64,000 nt of DNA from Octopus sinensis (GCF_006345805.1 NC_042999.1:130758001-130822000), one strand, 5' to 3'; shown: positions 27,663 to 41,882, counted from the first letter of the stretch. The notes: generated by a model not told the origin, from the letters alone. A program made the numbers and translations.

Positions 27663-28090
27663 CAAAATAAGCAACAAGGATATCCAGAGGTAATGTGGTA
27701 CGATCATTCCATGCAGCTCCAATTAAATTGAACAATGCATCAATTTAAAATGTAGAGCAATCTTCAGCTGCACAAAGACATAGAATTAGAAATAGAACAG
27801 ACATAGAAATAGAACAGATGGACACATTAGTATACTATTATTATACTAATGTATCCATCTGTTCTATTTTAATTAAATTCTATGTCTTGCAGCTGAAGAT
27901 TGCTCGACATTTTAAATTGATGTAATGATTGCATTGTTCAATTAAATGGTGTTGCATGAAACGTTCGTACTGCATTACTTCTAGATATCCTTGCTGCTTA
28001 TTTTGATTTTAATCACCTTACTTTGAAATTGTATGGATAATACCGTACTAAATTCGGGTGCCTCAACGTAAGTACCATATTCATCTGAAT
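27663..28090. mobile_element. Imperfect fold-back palindrome (27663-28005) of a Penelope-like terminal repeat; right arm continues into (TATC)n
   Basis: Centre cattagtata-ctattat-tatactaatg (27825-27851); arms about 165 bp with several mismatches and indels. Confidence 0.7.
27888..27974 (+). ncRNA. Type I hammerhead ribozyme motif
   Basis: Stem I tgcag/ctgca; CTGAAGA 27893-99; stem II opens t-tgc...gca-t (U.U at 10.1/11.1); GAAA 27958-61; stem III AC-gttc-GT; GTA triplet 27967-69. Confidence 0.72.
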
Positions 28091-28094
28091 CTAA

Positions 28095-28146
<52 letters not shown>

Positions 28147-28587
28147 ATATATATATATATTATATATATATATATTATCATTATTATTATTTTATTATTA
28201 TTATTGTTGTTGTTGTTGTTGTTGTTGTTGTTATTGTTATTATTGTTATTATTATTATTATCATTATTATTAACATACATTAACAAGTATGTATGTACGG
28301 ACGGACGGACGGACTGATGGTTGGATGGATGGATATGTGCATATGCGTATATTTTTATGTGTATATAGGGGAGCTTAACATAGCAAAAATTTACTTCTTT
28401 CAATGCTAATTCTCCACAATTTCACATGGCTGTTGTAAAAATCTTTGGTTCTAATTATAATAGACCTGAAGGAAATACGTTCTTTTCTGAACGAAAACAG
28501 GAAACGATGGAAAGAGGAAGTTAAGTGTTAATTGATAAAAAGAATCATAAACGAAAATATACAGGCCAAAATGAATTCCAGTTTTAG

Positions 28588-28630
<43 letters not shown>

Positions 28631-28740
28631 TGTGTCTGTGTCTGTGTGTGTCTGTGTGTGTGTGTGTGTGCATGCGTGTGCGCGCGCGTGTGTGTGTGTG
28701 TGTGTGTGTGAGTGTGTGTGTGTGCATGCGTGTACGCGTG

Positions 28741-28774
<34 letters not shown>

Positions 28775-29004
28775 GTGTGTGTGTTCGAATCTCGACTTTC
28801 CCTCCATCGCTTGTTTGGGTTTACCGTTTCCGTTTTTGAAACAATTTTGCAAAACTCACTCAATAAATTGTATTAAATGCATTGAGTAATATTTTCCTCC
28901 TGTTTATAATTTGAAACATATACGAGTACGCACAAATGTGTGCGTGTGTGTGTGTGTGTGTGGTGTGTGTGTGTGTGTGTGTGTGTAAATGATTCAATTA
29001 TAAT

Positions 29005-29300
29005 AGTTGATTGCCTGTCATCCTTTTTGGAATCGATGAAATAAGTATCAATCAAGTAATCGACTATCCCCTTCCCTCAAAATTTCAAGCTTTATGCATA
29101 TGGTTGAAAGGATTCAGGTAAAATGCTTAGCGGCATTTTGTCTGTCTTTATGTTCTGAGTTCAAATTCTGCCGACGTCGACTTTGCCTTTCATCCTTCCA
29201 GGGTCGATAAATTAAGCACCAGTTGCGTACTAGGATCGATCTAATCGACTGGTCTTCTTCTATAAAATTTCAGGCCTTATGCCTATATTAGAAAGGATTA
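29005..29300. mobile_element. Rearranged SINE-A fragments
   Basis: Short minus-strand piece, then a plus-strand copy at 29110-29300. Confidence 0.7.
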
Positions 29301-29520
29301 TCATCATTATTGTTGTTGTTGTTGTTGCTGTAGTTGTTATTATTATTATGATTATACTCTACTCCTTATACTGGATACTTTGTTCTTTAGTTTCTATATA
29401 TTATCATGTATTCATTTTACGTATGCCTTTATACGCTCGCATGTGTGTGAGAGTGTATAGTAATATTCATCCATATATATATATGCGCGCGCGCGCGTGT
29501 GTATGTATACACACACACAC

Positions 29521-29551
<31 letters not shown>

Positions 29552-29620
29552 GGTTTTCAAAATGTAACCACAAGTGAACCGTTGACGATTTTCTTCCTCC
29601 CTCTTCCCTTCTATTGAACT

Positions 29621-29656
29621 GTTTCCGAAGAAGAGCGTCTGCTCAAAACGTTAAAC
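29621..29656 (+). ncRNA. Degenerate minimal hammerhead motif
   Basis: gttt-CCGAAGA-a-gagc-gtct-gctc-AAAAC-GTT-aaac: helices intact, two core changes (U4C, G12A). Confidence 0.45.
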
Positions 29657-29810
29657 CATCTTTCTTTCCTTCCCTGAGCGTCTGCTAATACTTTACATGT
29701 ACCACGTCCTCGCGTTGTTGCTTTGTGTGTGTGTGTGTGTGTGTCTTTGTTCTTCTTTTTTGGATATCAAATGAAAGACGGAAGATGAAATATACGAAAA
29801 TTTATTATTA

Positions 29811-29897
29811 ATCACGGCAATTGTTTCGATATTTCTAGCATCGATTCATCTAGAAATATTCATGAACAACTGGTTCAGATGTATCTCATCGGGTGAT
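29811..29897 (-). ncRNA. Degenerate hammerhead motif
   Basis: Minus strand: atcac-CCGATGA-g...c-GAAA-c-aatt-GCC-gtgat. Stem I 5 bp, 10-bp hairpin inside stem II, two core changes. Confidence 0.5.
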
Positions 29898-30153
29898 AAA
29901 TAAATACAACTCGTTAAAATGCCTGTTCCGGAATGTAACATTTAGTTTTGCAGAGAGAAAAGCAGCAAGATATTACAAGAAAAAAAAAACAATAAGCGGA
30001 ACGAAATTCGTGTTAGAAAGCATACAGATCAAACCCAAATGGAAAAGAACAAGCCTAGTTTAATTATTCCATCGGACTTGGATCTCTTGAACTGGTCCCT
30101 TTTAGCCAGTGACTAAAAAGTTCACCCCAGTATGTATGATTACTGAGTGTAAA

Positions 30154-30222
30154 GGCCTACCTGAACTTTACCAGTTAGGAGCCTACCTGAACTTTACCTA
30201 TTAGGGGCATACCTAAACTTTC
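30154..30222. repeat. 26-bp tandem repeat x3
   Basis: gcctacctgaactttacc units. Confidence 0.75.
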
Positions 30223-30963
30223 ATTCCGTCCTCATAAACGCAGATATACTTTAGCAAAGTGGTCTACTGCACAATCAGTATGGGGGTCAGCTCTACCCCT
30301 CGGTGATTTTATAGTGTTAATTATCCATCACGGTTGGTCTTTCCAATAAGTTTTGCGTGAAATTATATAATGGAGTGTTAGACAACAAACCAGTTATATA
30401 ATATACGCTCGTCAGAGATAGCCGACATGGAGGGGGAAATGGCGACCGCTCATACACACGCACATGCAACACACACACACACAAGCCTATACACGTACAT
30501 GTATGAAGAGGACAACACATGGGTTTCAAATCATTCCTTCCTCACTCCTCCAATTCTACTCCCCCACTTCTATCCCTCTGCCTGTACCCTACTTTGCCCT
30601 TACCCCTACAACCTCCCTAAAATCAATCAAATGTACTGGTTTAGACTTTTTAGTCACTGGTTAAAACAAGTAACCAATGCAAATGACATAACTCCGATGG
30701 ACTAATTTTGCCAGTTGCGTTCTTTTCTTTTGGGGTTTGGTCTGTGTGCTTTCATCCATGAATTTCATTCTGATTTTTTTACAACTCTGAAACCTATAAA
30801 CTGGATGTGATGCTTTCAAACCTCCAATGGCAAAGAGCCCGTCCTATATTGTTCTATTTAGCCATTTCTGGTAAATTGCTGGATTTACATCGCCATATCT
30901 GGCATTAAGCCATTTAGTAATCTGTCTATCATGAAAAAATAATAGCGATTATTATTATTATTA

Positions 30964-31016
<53 letters not shown>

Positions 31017-31574
31017 GTTGTTGTTGTTGTTGTGTTGTTGTTGTTGTTGCTGTTGTTTTTGTTGTTACAGTTATAACACACACACACATACACATATATA
31101 ATAATGCATTATTAGATGTATATTACTATAATGTACTATAGAACATACAGAGCCAACATATGGCGGTGCCCCAGCAAAATGGCGGTGCCCCAGCATGGCC
31201 ACAGCTCATGAGCTGAAACTAGAATCAATCAATCAATCATATAGTGATACGGTGATTGGAAATAATACGTCTGTAAAATATGTTTGAACATATTGTTTAG
31301 ACTTTATTGTTTACAATCGTCCTAACAATGTTAGCTTGTAGATCGAGCCATATGTGTATGCTGAGCCACCGACATTATTTATTTATATACATATATACAT
31401 TACAGTTGCATACATATGTACGCACTCACATATACTTGCATCTCTCCCCCTCTCTCTCTCTCTCTCCTTTCTCTCTTTCTCCTCTGTCTCTCTATTTTTC
31501 TCTATTTCTTTCTCTCGTTTTTGATATTAAAGTATTTGATTAATTACTATTTTATTCAATCGACTACTTTAAAT

Positions 31575-31835
<261 letters not shown>

Positions 31836-31910
31836 AATAAATTACTTTACTCTGCTATGTATTGAGTACCTTATTTATTGTGGTAACCCCGACTCAGCCC
31901 GGGACCTACA
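31836..31910 (+). mobile_element. Short terminal fragment of the 59198-59390 family, inside (TA)n
   Basis: tactctgctatgtattgagtaccttattta...cccgggacctaca matches the reverse complement of 59198-59270. Confidence 0.7.
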
Positions 31911-31924
31911 TATATATATGTGTG

Positions 31925-31956
<32 letters not shown>

Positions 31957-32194
31957 CGTGTGTGTGGTGTGTGTGTGCCCGCGCACACACACACATATCC
32001 ATGCGTGCGTATGTTTGTGTTTGTCCACCACCACCTCTTGACAACTGTAACTTAGCGGTTTAGCAAAAGAGAACCGATTTAATAAGTGGAAGGCTTAATA
32101 AAATATTGGGTTCCATTTGCAAATCATTCTTCCTGTCTCTCCTCCGTTGTTTTTCTCCAGTTCGTGTTTGAATTCACTACATCCTAGTCTGGCA

Positions 32195-32415
32195 CCTCGC
32201 TTGCTATTCGCAGAATCGTTACTGCACCAGACAAAATCCTTAGCTGCACTTCTTCCAGCTCTTTATGCTCTGAGTTGAAATTCCGTCGATATCAACTTTG
32301 CCTTTTATCCCTTCAGGGTTGATAAAATAAGTACCAGTTGAGCGCTGGGTTTGATGTAATCGACTTACACCCTCCCCCAAAATTGCTGGCCTTGCACCAA
32401 AATCTGAAACTGTTA
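32195..32415 (+). mobile_element. SINE-A
   Basis: Core motif present. Confidence 0.8.
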
Positions 32416-32458
32416 TTGTTACTATTATTATTTTTATTATTATTATTATTATTATTAT

Positions 32459-32508
<50 letters not shown>

Positions 32509-33255
32509 CTTAGTACTAGAAGTAGTGGTAGCAGTATTAGTATTATTATTAAGACGGGGAGCTGGCACCATCGTTAGCACGCCGGACAAATTGTTTAGAA
32601 GTATATCTTCCGGCTTTACATATGGAGTTCAAATGCCACCAAGGTCGACTTTACCTGCTAAATTAAGAGTCACCAATCATCCCTGGAACTTATAATATCG
32701 CATCGGTATCACTGCATCTGGGAAAAAATTATTTTCCCAAACAAAAACACAAAATTCCCTATAAGACTCAGCAAGGAGAGCATTTTATCCAATACATTTT
32801 TATAAGTTTTTCTTATGCTTTTAAATGTTTACAAGCGTACGTTCGGCCTACAATATGTGTGCTGGAGGTAGGGATGTGCATTAAAAAAATCCGTGAAAAG
32901 TTAGCGGTGTAATTCATATGCTTGTGAGAATCAAACTCTTTTTTGGTCACACTTGTATGAATGAGAAAAGTTGCTTGTAGAGAAGAAAGCGCAAACGTGA
33001 AAGATAATTTGACAGAACAGAGATACAGGAAATTGATTCCTTGTTCGATTAAATGTGTCTAGCTGAAAAGAGAAAAAAAGAAAGAGGATAGACCGACCGA
33101 TCCCGTTGTTTCTTGCTCTGACTGAATTCTTCAGGAAAAAAAGGTGTGGTAAACAGATTTGAGTCCTGTTTATGTAACCGGTCTTTTCAGCATTCTGAAA
33201 GAGTTTTGCGGAAGGTAGAGTCTGGACACATTTGAATTTGTTTTATATAGCTAGA

Positions 33256-33335
33256 GTAGGGCTGAGAGATGCTGCCCTCTCATTACCATAATAAAGTAGG
33301 GCTGAGAGATGCTGCGCTGTCATTAGCACAATAAA
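33256..33335. repeat. 40-bp tandem duplication directly 5' of the LINE fragment
   Basis: agtagggctgagagatgctgc...aataaag x2. Confidence 0.75.
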
Positions 33336-33735
33336 GTGGTGAACAACCTGAACATTAGTTTCAAGGTTCATCCAAGGCTGGGACCACGGGCCATACGTCC
33401 CCTGCCCAATTCCGGATCACATCATATAGGTATACTGCGACATAATTTCTTTTCCTCAACAGGCCCTACCGTGTTTAACATTATCCCGAAAGAGATCAAA
33501 GAGGAAAAGGATCCCATCGCCTTTAAACGGAGTCGGGACAGATTTCTTCAAGGAATACCGGATAAGCCACCCATACCTGGATACAACTCAGTTAACAAGA
33601 ACTCACTACTTGAATGGACCATAAACAAAACTTGACTTAAACAGGATTTAGATAATCCTATCAGGTGGTGCTATTAAGTTAGACATGGCCTGGACCAATC
33701 TTTGGTCGAAAAATATCGAAGTTTATCTAAGTTTA
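33330..33735 (+). mobile_element. 5'-truncated 3' end of a related CR1/L2-group LINE
   Basis: ORF 33336-33635 (HPRLGPRAIRP...IPDKPPIPGY...NSLLEW) is homologous to the C-terminus of 62492-63454; shared 3'UTR motif. Confidence 0.88.
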
Positions 33736-34336
33736 ACGACTGTGAACGAGTAAAAATTTATTTGATTGCATAAGGGTCACTACAAAATTATGTACTCTTT
33801 GTGTGTGTGTATGTTTGACTTTTTTTTTTCTTTATATCTATCTTTGTTACGAAGCACAAATTTCGTTGATTTACTCCACGTCAATGCAGAAACGGTATTT
33901 ATTTTAGTGAGCAAGGAAAGCTGAAATGAAAACTCGATCCTATTAGGATTTTGACACGGAAAAATGTTCAAATAAACATAATGTTATGATTTTCTGCCTC
34001 TGTTAGTACATGTCTGTTATGCTCTGCACACACATACACAAGTATTTATACACGCGAACGCACGCGCTAATGTACAAACATAAACATATGTTTGACATTC
34101 TATAATTTCAACATAAGCGTGTTTTTGACTATGAGAAGTGTAAATGTATCAGTGTATACATCATATATAGGTATAAAAATGTGGGGCAGCACGCAAATTT
34201 AGGTCTTTCTTAAACGGGGTATAAGGGATAAAAGGGTAAAAAGAGGAAGAATAGTGATGAAGGTAGCTTATTAGGTAGAGGACAAACGAAATCTATAGAG
34301 ATGTGAAGAAACGACCGAGAAACGAATGAACTACCT

Positions 34337-34469
34337 GGCGCAGGCATGGCTGTATGGTAAAAAAAAATATTCGCTTCCCAACGACATGGGTTCGAGTTCA
34401 GTTCTTCTGCCTGGCACCTTGGGCAAGTGCCTTCTAATTTAACCCGGGATTGACCAAAGCCTTGTGTAC

Positions 34470-34504
<35 letters not shown>

Positions 34505-34680
34505 CATCCACTGCTTAACAACTGGTGTTGGTTTGCTTACGTCCCCGTAACTTAGTGCTTTAGCTAAAGAGAAAGATCTGATAGGTATCAGACTTTGAAA
34601 CTAAGTACCTGAGTCGATTTATTCGACCAAAGTCCATCAAGGTGCATTCCAATGACTTCAACAAGTAAAAGACAAAAAAA
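34337..34680 (+). mobile_element. SINE-B
   Basis: Head, core and tail recognisable. Confidence 0.8.
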
Positions 34681-36852
34681 TAACACTGTACTTCTGGATG
34701 ACTAGGGTCCCCTTCGCTCATGAGTGGCCATGGATTTCTACACCAAGTTCCTTTCCAAATTGGAGACGAAGGCAAAGTTTTGTTTTGTTTTGTGAAAGAC
34801 TAACAGTTACCGATGTATGAAAGTTTCCTATTGCTGCAGTTCAAAAGAAACGCAAAGACAATGGCGGCTCGTATATAGGAACTGTGGAACTGCAGCACCA
34901 CCCCCCATTTCCACTCGATATTATCGATAACATTCAATATAATGAGTCCTTTTTTCTTTAATTCTTTCTTTATACTTGTACATTATATAATCCTTAAGTT
35001 TAATGTTAGTAGCCATCCTCTAGTTTATGAAAAAAATATATAAAAATTCCTTGTATAAAACTGTGCGCTTCACAGTTCCAGCAACCCGGTGTTTGGCTGT
35101 TGTGCGTATGCTCACATGTCCGAGATAGGAAGCTTCACACAAAGGAGAGAGAGAGCACTGCGTGAACGACAGTGCCGGGTGAAAGGTAGTGTTTCTTTTC
35201 GACTCCGCGTGTGTTGTGCTTAAAAATGTGTTTATATTCTTAAATGTGATAAAGTGTAGAATTAGATTAGTATCCTGCTTCCAGTTTCAGTGTTGCTGCA
35301 GGATTTGAAAAATAGGGCACATTTTCCCCTTATTTTGTGATCTAGTGGGGATTTTTGGAAAACAAGGGGGAATTCGCGGTGATATTCAGTGAACAAATTA
35401 AACACACTACTCGGCAGTGGCTAAAACGCGAACTGATCAAGTTTATGTATAAATTTTCTTTCTATGTGTTTGTTTCCTTTTACTCAATATTAAAACAACG
35501 GCTAAAAATTTTCTGAAGTAGCATCCCCACTAATTTTATCTACGAGCCACCACTGGTTACGGTTGTTTACCATCAGAAGACAAAGAGCCGAAAGAGAAAT
35601 CTGGAGGTCTCCTATCCGACGTTCTAACATTTCTGACCCTACACTGATCTCTTGGGAAGGTACTTTTTCATCGTCTCAGAAAGAACGAAAAGCACAGCTA
35701 ACTTCCGCAGGATTTGAACGCAGAAAGCTGAAACTACCTAAGACTCTCACGTCTCAGCCACTTCGATGCTATATTTCTGATAGTAGAGAGGATATTTAAT
35801 TGAAAAAACACTTCTTCAAATAAATAAGTAGAAATGAAGAAAAAGGTTGCTAGAGCCAATCACCCATTGCTGGATATATGTAGCAAGAAAATTTAATGTG
35901 AAAAATAAATATCTATCCGAGATAACGAATTGGTAGAGCACCGGAATGAATGCGTTGCGCTATTTAGTTATGTTTTTAACGTTCTTAAATTCTGAGTTCA
36001 AATCATGCCGAGCTTATCTTTAGCTTTCACCCCGCCCCGGGAGCGATTTTAATAAGTATCACTTTCGTACGAAGGGACGGTTCAACCGATTATATTCATC
36101 CTCCTAAATGGAAAACGTCTAACCTCGCACAAGTTGATAGATAGATAGATAGATAGATAGATAGTGTGTGCGCGTGCGCGTGTATATACTGCTATGTATA
36201 ATATATACACATGTACACACGCACACACATATACGTGTGAGTACATCTATATATAATGAGTGTGTGTGCATGTGCATGTTTGTATATGTGCATATATACG
36301 CACATTAACATAGCATAATTTGTATACACATACATGTATATGAATGATTATGAAAAATGTTTGCAAGAAAAATTCCTGCACTACAAAACACGAAACTTAG
36401 TACCTGAATTACGTACCTGAATGAAATAGGCAATAACGAAAGTATAACGTTTACAGACGGTATTCTATATGGAATATCAAGAGAATTTGACGCCTGCCTA
36501 AAGATAGGTTCTGCAGCTAAAAGATTTATAAATATCCTTGGCAAACGTAAATATTCTCTATCTACCACAGATGCTAGCGATGCTATTGTAACTTTCTATA
36601 TTTACCTTTATCTTTACTGATTAGTCTCGTTCTCCTCTGCCATTCTACCTAATATCTTGGTTAAGTGCGCTTGGTATCTTAGTTGGTTTTTGCGGATCTT
36701 TTTTTTTCCTTTTTTTTTTTTTGCTTTTGTAAATACTGTTGTTTATATCTGTTCGATGCATGAATAACGCATACACACACACATTCATACATAGATACAT
36801 ACATAGATACATACATTCATACATACATACATACATACATACATACATACAT

Positions 36853-36887
<35 letters not shown>

Positions 36888-37296
36888 TATACATACACAA
36901 ACACACATTCATATATATATATATACAGACATACAGTATATATACATACAGAAAGACAGACATACACAAACACACACATTCATATATATATAGAGTGAGA
37001 GACAGATAGATAGGCAGACAGACAGACAGGCAGACAGGCAGACAGACAGACAGGCAGACAGACATAATATACATACATACATACATACATACATATGCTA
37101 ATATACACTTTGTCTTCTATTCATCGCTTCCCTTTCTCTTACGCAACATAATCGAACACACATACACACGCGCTACGGAGTGCACATGTATCAATTATAT
37201 TACCCTTAGAAAATATATATCGTATATATCTGACTCATCCTCAAGACAACAAAAACCTTCCTCTTCCCTCTCTTCATCTCTCTCTCTTTCTCTCTC

Positions 37297-37382
<86 letters not shown>

Positions 37383-37996
37383 CCACTACAATCTGCATCT
37401 TTCAGCTTAATCGGTATTTCGATTTCTGTAAATCATGTGCAACGCTGGTGAATAACGTTTATTTTTCATCACAAACAAAATTTCTTTAAATGTTTACAAG
37501 CCAATGACTATCAACAACAGCTACTGAAAAGAAGGGAAAAGGAAAAAAAAAACAAACAGTAGGAAAAAAAGAAACAAGAAAAAAAAAGAAAAGAACAGGA
37601 ATATATATATATATATATATATATATACCAATTTTGGCCATTTAATCTATGAAATTCGTCTGGTAAATTTCTTTCACCGACGGAATATCTGATTTCTCAA
37701 GAATTCGCTAACCACAAGAATGGTATCTTAAATATGGTTGTTGATCAATTTTCCTTGTAAAAAAAAATTATAATTTACTAAGGATGGCAGTTCCAAAGCC
37801 GAAACATTGTCAGCACTCGTTGGAAGACAAGAAGGAGAAACAGGTCGTTTAATCATTTCTTTATTTATTTGGGTTTTTATTTTACATGATTGCATGTGCG
37901 CACGCACACACGCATCTACACAATACATATCTACACATACATACATATATTAGAAGGTTTGGAGATGATGTACAGGTATTATATATTAGAAAAAAT

Positions 37997-38195
37997 AAGG
38001 CGGCGAGCTGGCAGAAACGTTAGTACGCCGGGCGAAATGCGAAGCCGTATTTGACGTTCTGAGTTCAAATTCCGCCGAGGTCGACTTTGCCTTTCATCCT
38101 TTCGGGGTCGATAAATTAAGTAATCGACTTAATCCGTTTATCTGTCCTTGTTTGCCCCCTCTATGTTTAGACCCCTTGTGGGCAATAAAGAAATA
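37997..38195 (+). mobile_element. Young SINE-A with a 17-bp TSD, inserted in a Penelope-like end
   Basis: tatatattagaaaaaat / tatatattagaagaaat. Confidence 0.88.
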
Positions 38196-38290
38196 TATAT
38201 ATTAGAAGAAATGAGGTACTCAGAAATCCGGATGGTTTTATATTTACAGATATTTATTAGTATGTTACATGTTTTTATAAATCATATATC

Positions 38291-38335
38291 ATATATGACC
38301 CAGGTTTCTGGGTATTTACCCGTCATCAGCGCACG
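38291..38335 (-). ncRNA. Hammerhead motif with intact core and decayed stem I
   Basis: Minus strand: CTGATGA-c-gggt-aaat-accc-a-GAAA-cctgg-GTC. Confidence 0.5.
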
Positions 38336-38724
38336 ACAATCACACACACACACACATACATACATACATACATACATACATACATACACACACACACACT
38401 TGGAAACGAATTCAATGCCCTGTCCAACTGTTGTAGAATCAGGGACTCCCCTATGTGACTCACCATTTTGTGTTGTTATATAGAAAGTCGTTTGCAGCTT
38501 TCTGTGACAGACCATGTAAAGAAGTCTGTTTCGTTTCATTTTTTGGTTGGTGTTGAGGGCCAAACATACAAATAGATGTTTATCGATGGCGTGCTTGTGT
38601 GTGCGAGTGTGCGCGCGCGCGAGCGTGAATGAGCGTTCAAATCGAAGATACAATCTGAGATGTATTGTTTAAATCTGTGTATGTGTGTGTGTTTGTTTGG
38701 TTGGTTGATTGGTTGGCTTGTTGG

Positions 38725-38795
<71 letters not shown>

Positions 38796-39585
38796 TGTGT
38801 GTGTTTGGTTGGTTGGTTGGATGGTTAGTTGGTTGTTGGCTAGTTGGTTTTGTATCTGTATGTGTGTGTTTGGTCGGTGGATTGTCGGTTGTTTGGTTTT
38901 GTGTGTGTGTGTATGTGTGTGTGGTTGGTTGGTTGGTTGGTTGGTTGGTTGGTTGGTTGGTTGATTTTGTGTCAGTGCACGTGTATTGTGTGTTTATTTG
39001 CTTGGTTGTGTGTATATATGCGCATGTGTGTGCGCATACGTGTGTATGTTTATAGATTTTGTATAAAAATGAGATAGTGTTCGAATCGAAGATACAAGAC
39101 AGACTCTGTGATGTATGATGTATGAATATGCGTATGATTACAGGCACAACCGAACGAGTAAGAAATTCGCTTCGCACACGTGAGGTCGCGAGTTCGATCC
39201 CAATGCATACGATCTTGGGTTGACTGGCTTTTATCCCAAAACCCCAAATCTACCTGAGCTTTCGGCTGGCGGAAATTGTGTGGGTATCATTTGAACAGGC
39301 TTTACATGCAATTCAAAAGGTCGCGCACATTCCACACATACACACACGAACGTACACACACGCATGCATGTACACACACACATTTATTTTTCTGCAAGCT
39401 AAGAGTTTATATATATATATATGTATGTATGTAGTATGTATGTATGTATGTATGTATGTATGTATGTATATATATATATATATGTATATATATGTTCATA
39501 TGCATATTTTATATATATATATATATCTATATATATATATATATATATAATAAGCCACATATATAGTATATACAATATATATATA

Positions 39586-39807
39586 TTCTTATTTTCTTTT
39601 ATTCTTTTACTTGTTTCAGTCGTTTGACTGCGGCCATGCTGGGGCACCGCCTTTAGTCGAGCAAATCGACCCCAAGACTTATTCTTTATAAGCCCAGTAT
39701 TTATTCTGTCGGTATCTTCGGCTGAACTGCTAAGTTACGGGGACGTAAACACACCAGCATCGGTTGTCAAGCGATGTTGAGGAACGAATACAGCCACACA
39801 AACACAC

Positions 39808-39847
<40 letters not shown>

Positions 39848-40032
39848 TTATATATATATATTTATACATACGACGGGCTTCTTTCAGTTTCCGTCTACCA
39901 AATCTACTCACAAGGCTTTGGTCGGCCCGAGGCTATAGTAGAAGACACTTGCACAAGGTGCCACGAAATAGGACTGAACCCGGAACCATGTGGTTGGTAA
40001 ACAAGCTACTTACCACACAGCCACTCCTGCAC
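39586..40032 (-). mobile_element. Full-length SINE family B with an internal microsatellite
   Basis: Minus-strand head ggtgcaggagtggctgtgtggtaag, core caagtgtcttctactatagcctcgggccgaccaaagcc, tail gactgaaacaagtaaaag. Confidence 0.88.
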
Positions 40033-40610
40033 CTGTATATATTTATATATATATATTGTTTGTTTACTTAAATACGTTCCACAAGCACAAACGCACAAAT
40101 ACTTTCTCTCTAACGCTGAAGGATATACCTTTAAAAAGGAAGAGGAGGATTAATGGTAGAGGAGGAGGGGGAAGGGGAGGAGCAGGGGGAAGGGGAGGAG
40201 GAGCAGGGGGAGTCTACAAAATTTTACGCTCATCAGCATTACCCACCATTATAAATGATACCATATTGCTGCTTAAGAAAGTAACTCAGCTTTCGAGCTG
40301 TCTTGAAACAGAATCCTGCAACTCCTCTCACCTCGCTGCCAACTCTACAGCTATGTGTTATACATGAAAAGCGTTCGTTAATCAAAATTAGCTACCCCCA
40401 CCCCCAGCTTAACATTGCTATATTCTCAAGTTGATATATGAAGATAACAACAGCCATTTCCTTGCCGTCTATTAGAAATGTGCATTTATATGATGGCCAT
40501 GCTAGAATTTAATTTATTTATGAAATTACGCAAAAGTGGACAACAAAATTTCCAAATACCTTTAGTTTAGTTATATAGAATAAATAAATAAATAAAAAAG
40601 ATACTGCGAA

Positions 40611-40687
<77 letters not shown>

Positions 40688-40779
40688 CGTGTGCGTGCGT
40701 GTGTGTGCGTGTGTTTTATGCGTATGAATGCTTTTGAATTTTACAAAAAAAATAAATGGATGAAAACGTATTTAATATA

Positions 40780-40925
40780 TACAGAAGAATTCCGCCAAAG
40801 TCGACTTTGCTTTTCATCCTTTCCGGCTCGATAAAATAAGTACCAGTTGAATCCTAGTGTCGATGTAATCGCTGTATCCCCTTCGTCGAAATTGCTGGCC
40901 TTGTGCCAAAATTTGAAAACAATAG
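40780..40925 (+). mobile_element. 5'-truncated SINE-A
   Basis: Core motif present. Confidence 0.75.
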
Positions 40926-41026
40926 AGAAGAATTTATACACATACATACATACATACATACTTACATACATACATAATACATACATACCTATATCTATAT
41001 GTGTGAGTGTGCATATATTTATTTGT

Positions 41027-41318
41027 ATACACCGTAAGGTTGTGAGTTCGATTCCCGGCGACGCGTTGTGTCCTTGAGCAAGACACTTTATTTCACGTTG
41101 CTCCAGTCCACTCAGCTGGCAAAAATGAGTTGTACTTGTATTTCAAAGGGTCAGCCTTGTCACTCTCTGTGTCACGCTGATTATCCCCGAGAACTACGTT
41201 AAGGGTACACGTGTCTGTGGAATGCTCAGCCATTTGCACGTTAATTTCACGAGCAAGCTGTTCCGTTGATCGTATCAGCTGGGACCCTCGTCGTCGTAAC
41301 CGGCGGAGTCTTCTTTGT
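41027..41318 (+). mobile_element. tRNA-derived SINE family C
   Basis: gagttcgattcc ... gtccttgagcaagacactttatttcacgttgctccagtccactcagc. Confidence 0.8.
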
Positions 41319-41882
41319 ATACACACACACACATACCTATATATACACATGCCTATATATATATATGTGTGTATATATGTGCATGTATACATATATGTGT
41401 GTGTACATATAATGTATGTATATGTATACACACACGCACACACATTCACATACACACACATAAAATATAATCCCTTGTAAATTTATTTCATTTTAACCCA
41501 TTGTCACACTTCGTCTACTGCTTGGTAAAAGCCATCTTCAGTTTTATTTCATTTTCATCTTATTATCACTATCATTTAAAGATTTGATTTTAATATTTTT
41601 ATTATTATTAGTATCATTCGGTTCGCCTTTATTCTGTTACTGCTATTGTTGTTGATACTATTATTGTGATATTACATTTGTATTTGGTTTTGTATCACTA
41701 CAACTATGTGTCTCCCTCGAATCTAACAAATTGATTGATGGAGAATGATAGGCATGCTATATCTGATGAAACTCAAATAAATCCGACAGCTCTTGATTGC
41801 ATTCCACCTGAGGAAGCACCAACACAGCTGTTACTGGAAAATATTTAATTATAAGATTATTCTAAAGAATAATCTTATATAA

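Noticed and set aside
33095-33145. Minus-strand CTGAAGA...GAAAC
   Set aside because: Stem I and stem II do not pair convincingly.
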